A stretch of DNA of 64,000 nt from Nageia nagi (lineage: Eukaryota > Plantae > Pinophyta). Where the stretch lies: the NCBI GenBank assembly GCA_050084985.1, contig JBITNC010000001.1, positions 30,008,001 to 30,072,000 of the forward strand, read 5' to 3'. The notes beneath the pieces were generated by a model. It was not told where the DNA came from. It saw only the letters and a list, made by a program, of their open reading frames with translations, and ran no database searches. Shown here piece by piece: positions 1 through 15,300 of this stretch (its first letter is position 1; each line of letters starts with the position of its first letter). The position numbers were made by a program, and so were the translations under genes.

Positions 1-2384
1 CCTTAAATATGGCTTAATTTTACACTAGTAGCACTTGAAACTCTTATTAACACTCTTATTAAGTCTCGAACAATTAATATGAGAATTATAAAAACCATTT
101 CATCATTATTTAAAATAAATATAACCTTATTCAAAATAAATTCATGACCACACTATCAATTATTATTTTTCTTATCATTACAATGATATATAAATGAACC
201 AACTATATCACATCATTTATAATAGCAATTTATTAATTGATTAACACCATACAAAATATCTTGTTGGCTTTATTATGTTAAAGATGGATTATTAAAGAGT
301 TGAATTAGACATAAACCAATCCTTATCTTCTTAAGAGAAAAATTATTGGATCAAAGCTTGGAGCAATATGAAACCTTAGGTATTGAATAAAATATGTGGT
401 TTCCTGATAATGCTTCTTTGAGGGCTCCTAGCTCAATGCACTACCTATTTGGAAAGCATGCTGAGACATAATGCGATACCTATTTGAATGGAAAACATGC
501 TAATTTATTTGGTGCTACTCGTAGTGAACTCTAGGAAAAGATTTGAGGAGTTTTAAAATGTTGGTAAACTCGATGTATTAAATTAATATTTGTGAGATCT
601 TCATGATATAGTTTATCAAATAAAAATAAATGGATGTGTTCAAAGACTTGTAGCTCATTTCAACTCACCTACATAGGGAGAGAATGAAGGCATGAATGAG
701 AAATACCCTTCCAAGGTTTGAGGGTCTTGCAAACTTTTTTAAAGAATAGCTACACAAAGGGAATTCAAGAATAGTCTATGTGAGTGCAAAGAACATCTTT
801 CTAAGGCATGAAATTTTAATAAAAATGAGTATAGATAGATATAGACATTCATATCCCAATTTTTAGGTTCCAAAAGGAGGCTTTACTAAAATGATCTTGC
901 TATAGCATAGGAAAAATTGAGAAAAACATTATATTGAATGATACTTGGTATATCCCTATGATTCATTATAACCATAGCATGGAGAGGAGATAGACTTCTA
1001 AAAAAATCATGTAATGCAATACAAAATCAAATATCCAAAACATCATGAGGAGAGAAGCAAGCACATAACATATTTACAACATTTCTGACTACACTATCCC
1101 AAGGTCTCCTAGTCAACATTAAAATCTTGTTGAAAGGCATGCAAGAGCAATTGAATATTAAACAAAAATATTGAATCATTCACATAGTAGACTCTAGTGA
1201 ACAACAAAGAAAAGGAATGCATATGGAGTAGTATAATCAGCCAATAAGGTAGTATATCTATCATTCAAACATTGTACTCAAATCCAACAAGCTTGAAATA
1301 AGAATTATTAATTTCCTTCTTCATCTAAGACAAGGGTATAAGTCTTACATGTAGAATTAGCAAATAAGACAATAATGTGTCTCTTCAATAAGAATAAGAC
1401 TAATACTAGCATTTAACTCTATTAATATTTATTCAACATATCATTATTTTCTTTAAAAAACTAATACTAAATAAATCTATATCATAAATAAACATTCTAG
1501 AAATAAAAAACTAAAATATAAAGGAAAACACATGGGCTTGAGAGAGGAGAGGCTTCTTTTCTCCATAGAGCTCTAAAACCAAAACTTGAGAATCAAAATA
1601 ATGAGATGGTAGTAATTAATTTTATTAATGTTCCACCCCCTTATTTATAGCCAAGGAGGCTCAAATATGCCTAAATAAATGTCTACTCATCCCTTCAATA
1701 ATTTTTGTGGAGGGAGATCTAGATATTTTATTTCTTTGTAAGGTAGGTCTTAATTAAATTTATTAATAAGTGTTGTGACATGAAATACTTTGAACTCTTT
1801 TATATTAACTGATAAATTAAGGCCAATTATTTCCCCTACCTAACACAAAGAACAAAGTAAGTGGGGATCATAACTCAATTATTTTCACTAACTACAAAAA
1901 AGACCTTGTAACATATACAAAAGTGACATTAGTCCTTTATAACTAGTACTTTTAAATTTCACTCTATTTTACTAAAAATTGTAAGTAAAAATTCAAATTT
2001 AAAAGAATAGGATATTCCATTCCCTTTTTGAAATAAGTTTTGAAAATGCATAGCAAAGTATTTAACACTCATTTTACCTATGAAGATCCCTTCATCATGC
2101 ATGGTAAAGTCATTAGTGTACATAGATATCCACACATTCATTATCAAAATAAAACATCATGCTCAATATTTATGTCATGCACCTATATGATTTATGATGG
2201 TCATTAGGGTTTGTCAATGAACACACACTAATCATTTCATCACTCTTATTATTCCTTTCCTATAACCAATTCACCTTTTTCCCTTGGGTCTTTATCTACA
2301 CTTTCCATCTTGAGTAAACTTGTAACTGTGTCATAAAGTTTCTAAGACAATATCAAATAGATACAAATAAAGCATATCTCTATT
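1..2384. repeat. Direct duplication, copy A (LTR/leader-like retroelement sequence)
   Basis: Colinear with 4227-7602 apart from a TIR element in copy B. Minus-strand TATA (GGCTATAAATAA, ~1645) and an LTR-end-like AAGTGGGGATCATAAC (~1860-1873). Confidence 0.75.
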
Positions 2385-3446
2385 TCTTGTCATTTTGCAA
2401 GGGAGGTTCAACTAAAAAATATTTCACATCATTTTTCATCCATTATTGAGTCCATCCAAAATTCACCTTTTTGAGTTGATTCTATCATACTAGGGTTTTA
2501 ACTTAAGTCATTCTTTAATTTGAACTTCATACTTCATTAATAGACCCATCCTTTATTTCGGGTCACATTAGGGTTTACCATCAAGAACCCATATCTAAAA
2601 CTCTAAGCAATTACATTATTGATTCAATTGACTCCTAAGTATTCCCTATTTCTTCATTAATGTAAGTCACCTTTACTAAGTAGTTTTTATCTTATCGATG
2701 TTACTCTAATCTTATTTGATCCCTTTCAATACTCAAGAGTCCCTAAAAACTTCTTAATTATTTTCCATTAGGATTACCTATTAATTGAATTTCTTACAAT
2801 GTGTTCTTGTACAAATGGATTAAGTTCACTTCTAGGAATCATATGCAAAACTAAAGATTAATAATATCAATCCCTAATTACTTATATAGTGTCAGCATCT
2901 TTTATAAAGGAAGTGTGATGTAAGTGGTCCTTACTCAAGGTATATTCCTTTTTCTTATCATTTTGCAAGGAAGGTCTACCTAACAAATATTCCACATCAT
3001 TTTTCATCCATTATTGAGTCCATTCAAAATTCCCCTTTTTAAGTTGGTTTTAACTTAAATCATTCTTTAATTTGAACTTCGTTCTTCATTGATAGACCCA
3101 TCCTTTATTTAGGGCCACATTAGGGTTTACCATCGAGAACCCATATCTAAAACTCTAAATAATTATGTTATTGATCCAGCTGACTCTTAAGTCTTCCCTA
3201 TTTCTTCATTAATGTAAGTCACCTTTACTAAGTAGTTTTCATCTTATCAATATTACCCTAATCTTATTTGATCCCTTTCAATACTTAAGAGTCCCTAAAA
3301 ACTTCTCAATTATTTTCCATTAGGATTACCTATTAATTGAATTTATTACTATATGTTCTTGTACAAATGGATTAAGTTCACTTTTAGGAATCATATGCAA
3401 AACTTAGGATTAATAATATCAATCCCTAATTACTTATATAGTGTCA
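2383..3446. repeat. Tandem direct repeat, two ~500-bp units (2383-2894, 2951-3446)
   Basis: Near-identical units, both ending CTTATATAGTGTCA, separated by ~55 bp. Confidence 0.85.
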
Positions 3447-4226
3447 CTTGTATTTGGCATCTCTTCTTCTTTTAATAGTGTGAGTTATGTTTTGTCTTGA
3501 AACCATACTAGGGCAATGGAATTTCTCAATTCACACTCATGCAAGATAAATAATTACAATTATAATCTTTTTGAATTTTATATTTTATATGAATATAATA
3601 AAGCTATTCCATTAAAGTTCTAAGTATCATTTATAAATATATTGTTTACTACTCTTTCCCATTAACTACCTTCATATGGAACTATATTTGAGGATTCCTA
3701 CTTTAGTCTTTAAGAGGCCTCAAATAAGAACACATTAAAAGTAAATAGATACTACATGCTTCTTAAAATATTATATAAAGTTTCCTTCAAACTTGTATTC
3801 CATAAAAAGTATTTCATGATAATATGAAAGTAAAATAAATGAGGACAACCCTTATCATTTACAAGAGGGTCCCTTACAATTTTTACATGAGCAAATACAT
3901 GGTAAATATTTAAAATCTTGATTTAAATTTCTTCAATAATTTGATGTCCTCTTGATGTAAAGTTCCTCATATTCATATTTCAAGCTTCTTCCAAGTATCT
4001 AAAGGTATTGGTTCGAGTACTAAAAGGTTAGGAGTTTGAGGATCAGAACAACCCTCTTTTACTAATGACTATGATGTAAATGTAAATAAGGCCTCTAACT
4101 CATTAAAACCATTCTATGTACCTCAAGAGGATTTTATGCCTTCTCTAGGGTTACCTCCCTTCCTGGATCACATTAAATTTGATCAAAAAATGTTATAATG
4201 TCTTCATACTATCATTCACAAATCAT

Positions 4227-7200
4227 CCTTAAATATGGCTTAATTTTACACTAGTAACACTTGAAACTCTTATTCATACTCTTATTAAATATTGAACAAT
4301 TAATATTAAAATTATAAAAACCATTTCATCATTAATTGAAAGAAATATAACCTTATTCAAAATAAATTCATGACCACACTATCAATTATTAATTTTCTTA
4401 TCATTTAAATGATATATATATGAAACAACTATATCATATAGTTTATACTAGTAATTTATTAATCAATTAACACCATGCAACATTTCTTGTCAGCTTTATT
4501 ATGTTAAAGGTGGATTATTAAAGAGTTTAATTAGACTTTAGCCAAACCTTATCTTCTTAAGAGATAAATTGTTGGACCAAAGCTTGGAGCAATATGAAAC
4601 CTTGGGTGTCAAAGAAAATACATGGTTTCTTGATAATGCTTCTATGAGGGCTCCTAGCTCAATGTGTTACCTATTTGGATAGCATGCTAAGATATAATGT
4701 TATACCCATTTGAATAAACAACATGCTTATTTATTTGGTGCTACTCGTAATGGTCTTTGGGAAAGGATTTGAGGAGTTCTAGAATGTTGGAGAACTCAAT
4801 GTCTCAAAATAATCTTTGTGAGCTCTTCACGGTATAATTTATCAAAGAAAAATAAATGGATATCTTCAAGGACTCATATGCTATTTCAACTCACCTACAT
4901 AGGGAGGGAATGAAGGTGTGAATGAGAAATACCTTTCTAAGGCATGAGGGTCTCACAGACTTTTCTAAAGAATAGCTACACAAAGGGAATTCAAGAATAG
5001 TCAATCTGAGTGCAAGGAACATGTTTCTAAGGCTTGGAAGTTTGGTCAAAATGAGTATAGATAGAGATAAACATTCATTTCCTAGTTTCCAGGTCCCAAA
5101 ATGAGTATTTACTAAAATAATCTTGCTATAAAGTAACAAAACCTAAGAAAAGTGTTATATTGAATGATACATGGTATATCCCTGTGATTCACTATAACCA
5201 CAGTGTGGAGAGGAGATAGGCTTCTAAACAAATCATGTAATATAATAAAAACTCAAATATTTAGCACATCGCAAGGAGAGAAGTGAGCACATAACATATT
5301 TACAACATTTTCAACTATGTTATCCCAAGGTCTCGCAATCGGCATTAAAATCTTGCTGAAAGGCATGCAAGAGTAGTGGAAGATTAAACAAAAATCTTAA
5401 ATCATTCACAAAGTAGACTCCCATGAACAACACAACAAGGGAATGCATAGGGAGTAGTCTAATTGTACAATAAGGTAGTATATCTATCATTGTACTCAAA
5501 TCTAACAAGCTTGAAATGAAAACTATTAATTTCCTTCTCTTTTCAGACAAGGGTACAAGTTTCACATGTAGACTTAGCAAATAAGAGAATAATGTGTCTC
5601 TTCAACAAGAATAAAACTAATACTAGCATTTAACTCTATTAATATTTATTCAGCACATCATTCTTTTCTTTCAAAAACTAATACTAAATGAATATATATG
5701 GGTAAGTGGAAGAAGATGAGTCTCACTTTGAAGGAGGTCTTATGATCTGCTAGGTTTTTGTATTTGTTTAATGACTTTTTATTTTTTTGGAATTATGAAA
5801 AATAATATATATGTGCACAATTTGCATACAATTCTTTACAAGCTAAATAAAAAATAAATAAAAATGAAAAGTTTTATTTAAATTATGGCTACTGAACATA
5901 AGCATTTTTAGAAATGATAATTATGGCCAATTAAAAATAAATAAAAAATAAAATATTCATGAAAAAAATAAAAAAAATATCTTCCACAATCTTTAGTATC
6001 TTAAGTGTCCTTAACCAAAAAGATTTTAAAAAATATTTTAATTTAGGTCCAATTATGCTTGAAGGACACAATGGCGCTGAAATTGTATTTTTTAAATAGT
6101 GAGTTTCATTTTGCTTAATAGATATTTATTTTTTTTATAATTGTGAAAAAAATAATATATGTGCACAATCTCATATAATTCTTAATAAGATAAAAAAAAT
6201 TAATTAATTAATTAAAAAAGATAAGTTTAGGTCAAATTATGCTTATCGAATATGAGCAATTTTTGAAACAATAATCATGATCAATAAAAAGTTAATAAAA
6301 AAATAAAATATTCATGAAAAAATAAAAAACAAAATATCCTCCACAATATTTAGTTTCTTAGGTATCTTTACCCAAAAGGATTTTAAAATGCATTTTAATT
6401 TAGGTCTAATTATGCTTGTCAAACACAATGGGGTTATGGTTCCGAAACTGTATTTTTTAAATAGTGGCTTTTAAACATGCCTACCTAATATTAATTTCTA
6501 TCATTTGGGTATTAGAATAAATTACATATTTGAAAATTAGACTTCAAGAACTACATTTTTAACGAAGTGACCTTTTTCAAGAATCAAACTCTAAGTTCTT
6601 CAAATTTTGAGATCAAGTATCAGCAAACCTAAAAATTAGGGAAAACATTTCCATTTTTTGGCCAAAAGCAAGATTCATTTTCTTGCACTTATCCATATCA
6701 TAAATAAATATTTTGGTAATAAAAATTAAAAATATAAAGGAAAGCACGTGGACTTGAGAGAAGAGAGACTTATTTTCTCCGTGGAGCTCTAAAACCAAAA
6801 CTTGAGAATCAAAAAAATGAGATGGTAGTAATTAATTTTCTTAATGTTCCCACCCTTTATTTATAGCCAAGAGACTCAAATATGTACAAATAAATACTTA
6901 CTTATCACTTTAATAATTTTTATGGAGGGAGATGTATATATTTTATTTTTTGTAAGGTAGGTCTTAATTAAATTTGTTGATAAGTGTGGTGACATGAAAT
7001 ACTTTGGACTCTTTTATATTAACTGACAAATTAAGGCTAATTATTTCCCCTACCTAACACAAAAAAATAAAGTAAGTGGGGATCATAACTCAATTATTGT
7101 CATTAACTACCAAAATAGCTTTTAACATCTACAAAAAGTGACACTAGTACTTTCTAACTAGCACTTAAATTTCACTCTATTTTACTAAAAACCATAAGTA

Positions 7201-7602
7201 AGATTTCAAATTCAAATTCAAAAGAATGGAATATTCCTTTCCCTTTTTGAAATAAGTTTTAAAAATGCATAGCAAATTTTTTAACACTCATTTTAACTAT
7301 GGTGATCCCTTTGTCCTGCATGGTAAATTCATTAGTGTACATATATATCCACACATTCATTATTGAAATCAATAATCATGCTCAATATTTGTTTCATGCA
7401 TCTATATGATCTATGATGGTCATTAAAGTTTTTCAGCAAACCAAATCCAATCATTTCCTCTCTTACCCTTTCGTTATTGTCATTAATTCACCCTTGGTCC
7501 CTTGGGTTTTTATCCACACTTTCGATCTCGAGTAACATGTAACTTATGTCATAAAATCTTGAAGCTAGCATCAAATCACCACAAATAAAGCATATCTCTA
7601 TT
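4227..7602. repeat. Direct duplication, copy B (contains TIR element 5700-6694)
   Basis: Starts with the same CCTTAAATATGGCTTAATTTTACACTAGTA as position 1 and ends at ACAAATAAAGCATATCTCTATT as at ~2384. Confidence 0.75.
5700..6694. mobile_element. ~1-kb non-autonomous TIR element (MITE-like), copy A
   Basis: Ends GGGTAAGTGGAAGAAGATGAGTC / GATTCATTTTCTTGCACTTATCC. Absent at the homologous site ~1480 in the duplicate, which defines the insertion. Confidence 0.75.
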
Positions 7603-9302
7603 CAAAATTTATCATCACATAACATAATTCAAACTAAATCTCATTATAATCCTTGATGGTACTCAAATCTTAACAGTGTAATTGGGTGAATAGTTACAAG
7701 CCTCCATATATTTTAACCAATTTGAGCCATTGGGATATTTACTATTGAGCTTGGAAATGATATATTTAATGGATTATATGGAGATGGAATGGATGAGATA
7801 CTTGGTGTAGATTGGCTAGATCTAAGATTTTTTGTATTGAGTGAAAACATTCTTCTAAAAAATCCAAAAGGTACTTGGGATCTTCAATATTGAGAAATAG
7901 GGCCTCTTAGTTTCTTCTCATATGGGCCAACTTATAGATCTATGTTTATTTATTATAGAGTTTCCAACACCTTTCTAGTGTATTTTTTCTAGATCTACAT
8001 TCTTTTAAGGAAGATATTAGCCAAAAGTGTATCATTCAAGTAAGAGGTACCATCATCTTATGAAATGAAGATGAATGTTACCTATAAATGATGTCAAGAG
8101 ATATTGTGATAAGAATTAACACCCCTTTAGTTGTCAAGATGAAGCTAGTATCACAGTTGTTAATCTCCCATGTGTTAATAGATGTATGATATCACACAAT
8201 TATGAACTCCTTTTTAGGTAGTTGTAAGGTTATGGTCCTAAAATGGTATAATTAGGTTCTGAACCTAAAATAGTACAATTATAATGTCCTAGGAACATAA
8301 CCCTTATATGTATTTCTTACAATATATACTCTAAAGACCAACCAATAAGTAATATAGTAGCAATTGTATTAAGATATTTGACCAACCATCATGAGCTCAC
8401 CTAATTAATAACATAAATATTGGTGCCTAGATCCATTAGGTAACAAAGTAATATAAATGAAAGAATAACACTAAACATCCATTCAACATCTTTCATTCAA
8501 ATAATATAATAATAAATAAATAATAGTTAAGAGGAATACACTACTGCAACATTCAAATAATGTAAGTTTATAACTAGTAATGGAAATCATTCAAGATAAA
8601 AATATATGCAAGCAAAGGAGATTCCATTGCATTGTAATTTTATATTCAATGATTCTAGCTCATTGTATAAAAAATATATTAAAATTACAAGGGTAGAATT
8701 CCATTCAAGTAAAGTAACAAATTCATGAATAATAAAATCCCTATCTAAACTAATAATATATCTTTGGATATATTCTTACAATGAGCTAAACAACAATTTA
8801 GATGTGGTGCATAGACATGGGTCATAGTGACCACATAATACCTAGATATATACTAAAAATGAATGAGTATATATTTAGGTTTTATGACATGACAGAAGGT
8901 ACTTAAGGAAGAAACTCATGGAAACATAATGGGCTCTAGAAAATACCTTTGACTAGCAATTAGGTAAATAGTGAGAAGATAATTTTCACCTAGTTGTCTC
9001 CTTCTATTATATATATTTTGAAAATGGATCTTTTCTATTTAAAACTGATATTTTGGATCATGATGGGAGAGGAAGAATGAGTTTACAATCTAGTTGTTCA
9101 TTCCTAACAACTCAATTCTTCTTCCATTGATCTATGACTTGGTGACTATTTTGGATTATAAATTTGAAATTATCTTTGAGTGCTTGCTTCTTTTTACCTT
9201 TTTTGGAGATGTTGAAAATGATAGATAAACATCATTATTGATGATTCACTTTTATTTAACATTCCTCCTTTTAAACTATTTTTATAGTATGTAATGCGAA
9301 AG

Positions 9303-12300
9303 TGAAGGAAATATGCCTAAAAGATTAAATTCCTATTTTTTCAAGATCACATGAAAGCTCTCTCAAATCCTCAAGCATTAAGAACATAAACTCAAAGTGG
9401 TATTCATAGACTATGAAACCAATATAAAGTGGTTCCTCCAACCATGGGAGTATATACACTAATATAAGATCTTATTCTCAAAGAGGACTTTCTTACAACA
9501 ACACTTTCTCACTTCTCCTACAACCTAGACAAGAGCATAACTTTGCTATAAACTTTAGTGAGTAGTCTTTAGGAGTGGGTATTATATTTATAAGCCAAAA
9601 TCCTCCCTTGGATCACCCTTTTAACCAATGTATAATTTGATGACATGCATCACCATTTTACCCAAGGGGCATGCTCATAAGATGAGATAAATTACATTAT
9701 CATAAATATGCCAAGCCAACACTCATAATCACATGTTGTATAAAAAATATGTTGATCAACATATAAAAAATAGAACATAAGCACATAAAAGTTCCTAACA
9801 TATGGAAGACTAAATAGTACCAAAAAAACATATTGGTTCATCACATATGGATAGCTAAAATAGTTATAGAAGAAGCCATCATATGCTCAAAAATTATACA
9901 ACTAGTTCCTCACATGGAGCGAACTAACCATGAAGGGGTATAAAAATATCAACACTATATAGCTAAAGAATCCTCCTAGGGATGAATTTAACCTTCACTC
10001 CCCCTTGAGGGAAACTTCACCAACTTAATAGATTCCCTAACCTTACAAGATTGAACTTCAAGATGGGGCTTGGTGAAAAAATCAATGAAGTTAAATACTA
10101 ATGGATAATACTGCAATAGTAGGATACCATCTAGAACCTTGTCCTTGATAAAATATGCTTGGATTTTGATATATTTTATTATTTGATGGAAATAGGGATC
10201 TTTTCCAAAGTAATAACTGACTAATTATCTGGAAAAAAAAATTAATATGGGTGAGCTTTCTCATACCCAATTTCTTTTTAAAATATGCCTCAACCAAATG
10301 GCTTCGTAGGTCATGACTGACATGGCTCAATATTCTATCTATATGGTGGAGAGAGTAGTAGTAGGATGATTTTTGAAAAACCAAGAGATAGAACCTAAAC
10401 TAATGCTAAACACATAAGTAGAGGTTGATTTCATGTCATCTTTATCTGCTTCATAATTAGAATTTGAGTACCTTGAGAGAACGATGAGGGTAACTTGGAA
10501 TACTTGAGAGCAAGTTCTTGCAAAATAGCTTAATATTTGTTTAATAGCATTGAGGTGCTCAACATATAGTTTTTGCATAAATTGTACTATAATATTTACT
10601 ACAAAGGTAATATTTGGGCTAGAGATATTCAAACAAATAAGAGTGCTAACTAGTTTCCTATAAGACATAGCATCTGCCAACTAAGAGTTAGAGATAAGAG
10701 ATAGAGTGATTCCAAGAGAGACTAGGATCATAAAAGGTTTGCACTCCTCAATTACAAACTTTTATAATACATCTAAGATATACTTGGATTGATTAAGGTA
10801 AGTACAAACCTTGTATTAATACACTTGCATACCAAGATAGTAATGCAAGAGATAAAGCTTAGTCATTTGAAATGTCACCTTAAGTTTGGACATGCACTCT
10901 TGGATAATTTTATCATTATTCCTTATAATCAAATATCATCCACATATAAAAGAATCAAGATCATGTCTTCTCCTTGATTGAGCACATATAGATCCAAATT
11001 GAAGTAGCACTTAGAGAACTTAATATCTGCAATGTATCCTAAAATCTTTTTGTACCAAGCTCTAGGTGCTTACTTAAGGCAATACAATAACTTCTTTAGC
11101 TTGCATAAAAGAGATTATTTGCCTTCCACAATAAACCCTTATAGTTGAATCATGTAGATATCCACATCTAATTCACCACTAAGAAGAGTACTTTTGACAT
11201 CAAGTTGATAAAGTTTCCATGCTTGAGATGCTGAAAGAGCAAGGATTAACCTGACTATGGGTATATTTTCTAGTAGAGCAAAATTTTCTTCATAATCAAG
11301 TTTGTATTTATGAGTAAAACCCTTGGCTACTAACCTTGACTTGTATTTCTTAATTTTCCCAATTTAATTTTGTTTAACCTTATAAATCCACTTATTGCTA
11401 ATTACATTTCATTCATAGGGATAGAGAACCAAGTCACAAGTTTGATTTTTCATCAGAGCCTCATAATCTACTTTCATGGATTCCATCAACAATTTGTACT
11501 TTGAAGCTTCCTTGAATGATAAGAGCTCATTCTTTTTATCAATTTTGGAAAACAAGGATTTATTTAAGGTCACACTTCTCATTATCCTTTGTGTTGGAGA
11601 ATTTTTCTCTTAAAATGACTTATCTACATTGACATCCAACTAGTTAGGTGTAAGAGAAGAGTCACCAAGATCATCCAGTATCTCACAAGAAGTAAATTCC
11701 TCAGAAATTTCATTGAACTTTACATCCCTTGAGATGAACATTACTCTAGAGGAAGGATATTAGAGCTTATAGCCTCTATGGTGACTGTTAAATCCTATAA
11801 AGATACACTTTTTGGATCTCCTATCCAACTTATTTATCGTATTAGAAAAAATAGGTATCACAACTAAAAATCCTAAGGTGAGATATGTTAGGTTTCTTTT
11901 CCATCCATTTCTCATACAAGATTTTGATTTCAACTACTTTCATAGAATACCTATTTAGGGTGTAGATCATAGTGTTTATAGCTTCACTCCATAAGAAACT
12001 AGGGATCATGAACTACCTCTTGATCCCATATTTGGCATAGTAATCATTGAACTCATATTTGGCACCTAACCATTTCATAAATAGCTCTATTCTTTCTTTG
12101 AGGAACATCATTTTTCTAAGGAGTGTAAGAGATCATGAACTACCTCTTGATCTCATATTTATCATAGTATTCATTGAACTCATTGCTATTATATCCACCC
12201 CCATTTTTATATCTTAGCATTTCAATTTCAAAGTGAGTATTATTTTTAGCTAAGGCTTTGAAATCTTTGAACTTGTCAAAGATTTGATCCTTGTGCTCAA

Positions 12301-15300
12301 GTAAATAACCAAATGTTATCCTACTAAATTTATCAATAAAGGTTAAGATATAATATTCTCTTACAAGATACTTAGTCTAAAATGGATCCATCAAATTTGA
12401 ATGCACAAGCTGAAGAGGTTGTATCTCCCTTGTTACCTTAGCTTTCTCAAATTTTTGCCTATTCAACTTGCCTAATATGCACTTCTCATAAAGACCAATT
12501 ATGGATGATATTATATTCCAATGTTCCACAAGTTCTTGATTTTTCATGACATGAATGCTTTTATGGTTAAGGTATCCTAATCGATGGTGTCAAATATTAC
12601 TGTTAGAGCAAACATTCATAGCAAGGTACATATTCATTGGCACTTGATCCATAATGTAAAGATCATATTTCATTGATCCTTTCACCAAAATGGGAAGTCC
12701 CTTCTTAATGTACTAGGAGTGTGAGTTGAACTTGAATGGTTATCCTTTCCATGTAACTTGAATTATGGAAAGAAGGTTTATAATGAGTTTAGGCATATAG
12801 AGCACATTTTCAAGAATCTTTTTGTGTATCAAAACATTCATATGATTCATGCACCCAAATTCAACAATTCAATCATTCAAGAAAGTGTGAGACTTGAAGT
12901 AAAGACCATAAATAAAACTAGATTTATTATTATTTTTCTTGTATTTGAAGTTATTTATTTTTTTAGTTCTTTTACCACCTTGTTCTTTCTTTTTATTATA
13001 GAAATATGATTCCTTGTGACCATAGATGTTACAAAAATTACAATTTCCATCAAATTTGGCTTTGGATTTGGATTTTTTATACCTTTTATGGCCATTTTGT
13101 TATTTTTTTCTACCCTTATTGAAGTCCTTTTTGGATAATGGGAATATTTCTTTTAATTATTAAACTTATTTTTTAAGTGAGTTTTTGTTGGTGCAAGTAC
13201 CACAAAATGATTCTTTGGAGTGGAGGTCAACAAATTTTTGTTGAGAGTTTCTTCATGCTTCAGTACAAGTCTTGGAAGAATTTCCAAGGAGTACACCTCT
13301 TCATCATCAAGCATTAGCTTAATAACTATCAAAAAATGACTAAATTTAGAAGACATGCTTTGAAGGATGATGAATATCATGAACTTATAATTGATCTAGT
13401 TGCATCTGTACCCCACAAGTTGGGTCCTAAGATCAACAACCTTGTTCAATTATATTATAATAATTTCATTTTCCTCTTGATATGATTGCAATAATTTTTA
13501 GAGCATGGTGAACCTACTAAAGAATTTAGAACCAAGGTAGATTTTCTTCATCCTATCCTAAGCTTCTTTTGTAGAATTTGAAGAAGAGATCATGAGAAGG
13601 ACTTCATCTCAAACTACACAAAATATCATAAAGGTTGCTAGCTTATTCTTTGTATTGTAAGCCTTAAGTACCTTCACATATATTTAAGCAACTTAGTTTT
13701 TATTTACCATTTTCCATAGTTTTTGTACTTGAAGCTTTTCTTTTATCCTAAGTTCCCAAATATGGTACATGAGACCATCTAATATGTGCCTGGATGAAAA
13801 TGAGTCTCCCATTTGCTACAAAACAAAGTTAAAGTGTTAATGAATGTAAGGATGTTAAATTTGTGAACCAAATTAATCAACCATTCATGTTGCATTTATT
13901 CTAATCAATCACACATGTTGAGTTTTAACCAAAGATAATTAACAAGGCATGCTTAAATTGTTTAACAAATTTTACATGTGTGAAATTTTCAATCAAATTA
14001 TATGTCTCATACATCCAACATTTTATCATAACCAAGTAACATTATTGTAGAGAAGGTATATTTGAGTTTATTTTCTTGGTTAAAAATTAGGCCTTTACCT
14101 TGATGCTTGCATGGAGCACTTTGTGATGAAATCCAAGCCGTGATGGAGCCCAAGTCCTACCAATAATCAACCAATTCCCCTATGGTTAGCAATATACTCT
14201 CACAAGGAAGAGTACTAGCTATTTTCTAAGGTTGTAATGTATGTTGGATAAGAAAAATTATTATCTTGATTAACTTTTAAGTTATCCTCCTAAGTTATCA
14301 AGATTATCCCTAAATGGACATGTGGGCATGCGGTATCACTACACACATGTGTATCAATCTATATGAAGTTATGTTCAAACTAATAGAGGAATTAGGAGCA
14401 ATTAAGAAGTATGAACTTTACACCATTTTGATTGATGGAATAAAAGCTCATATATACCTTGTCCTCCCCTTGTGGCTCTCCAAACAAGTCATGTTGTAGA
14501 ATAAACATGTGGATGTGTTTATTTTAGGGGGTACACTTTTAATGTTTGTGATTTTGTAAAAATAAAGAAAATGTGCATAAAGTAAAAGTTCTTAAAAAAT
14601 GTCACATTATCCAATTTTAAACCTAAGAGTGTCCACTAGGTTTTTCCATAACCAAAATAGGATCTCTTTACAAAAAATGCATGTTTTCATTAGTTTTAAG
14701 TAACAACAAAAAAAATGACTCCCCCTTTTACTTAAAAACAAATTTAAGCAAAACAAATGCTTCCTTCCTTCAACATTAAACAAAATGTACATAGGTGAAA
14801 AAATATCCCTCCCGTTGCAATTTTACCTAAGAGAAAGAAGAGAAAAATAATTTCTCTTAACACTAAGGAAGAGAGAAAACAAATTCCCACTTAGATAAAA
14901 ATTGCCTCCCCCCATTTTTATTAAATTAATATTTACTTAAGGAAAACAATTCCTTCTAAGGATAAAAGTTTCAAAGAAAAATGTTTCTCCCTCCCTTAAG
15001 AAAAGATTACACAATCCCTCCCTCCTCTCACACACTTTTATTTAAAAAGGGAAAAATTTAACTTATTTATCTCAAAAAATTACTTCACTTAAGAAGTAAC
15101 TCTTTTGAAAAATAATTGCCTTCTTTTTGAAAAAGGTTTCCACAAAATATATAAATTCTATTTTTCTTAAGATAATAGATTTTTGTTAAAATAGATTTCC
15201 TTTTATATTTAAAAGCTACTCCCCAAAAAAATTATAACTTGTTAATAAACAACTAGAAATAAAAGCATGTGTAATAATTCATCTTGGAATAAATAATGAG

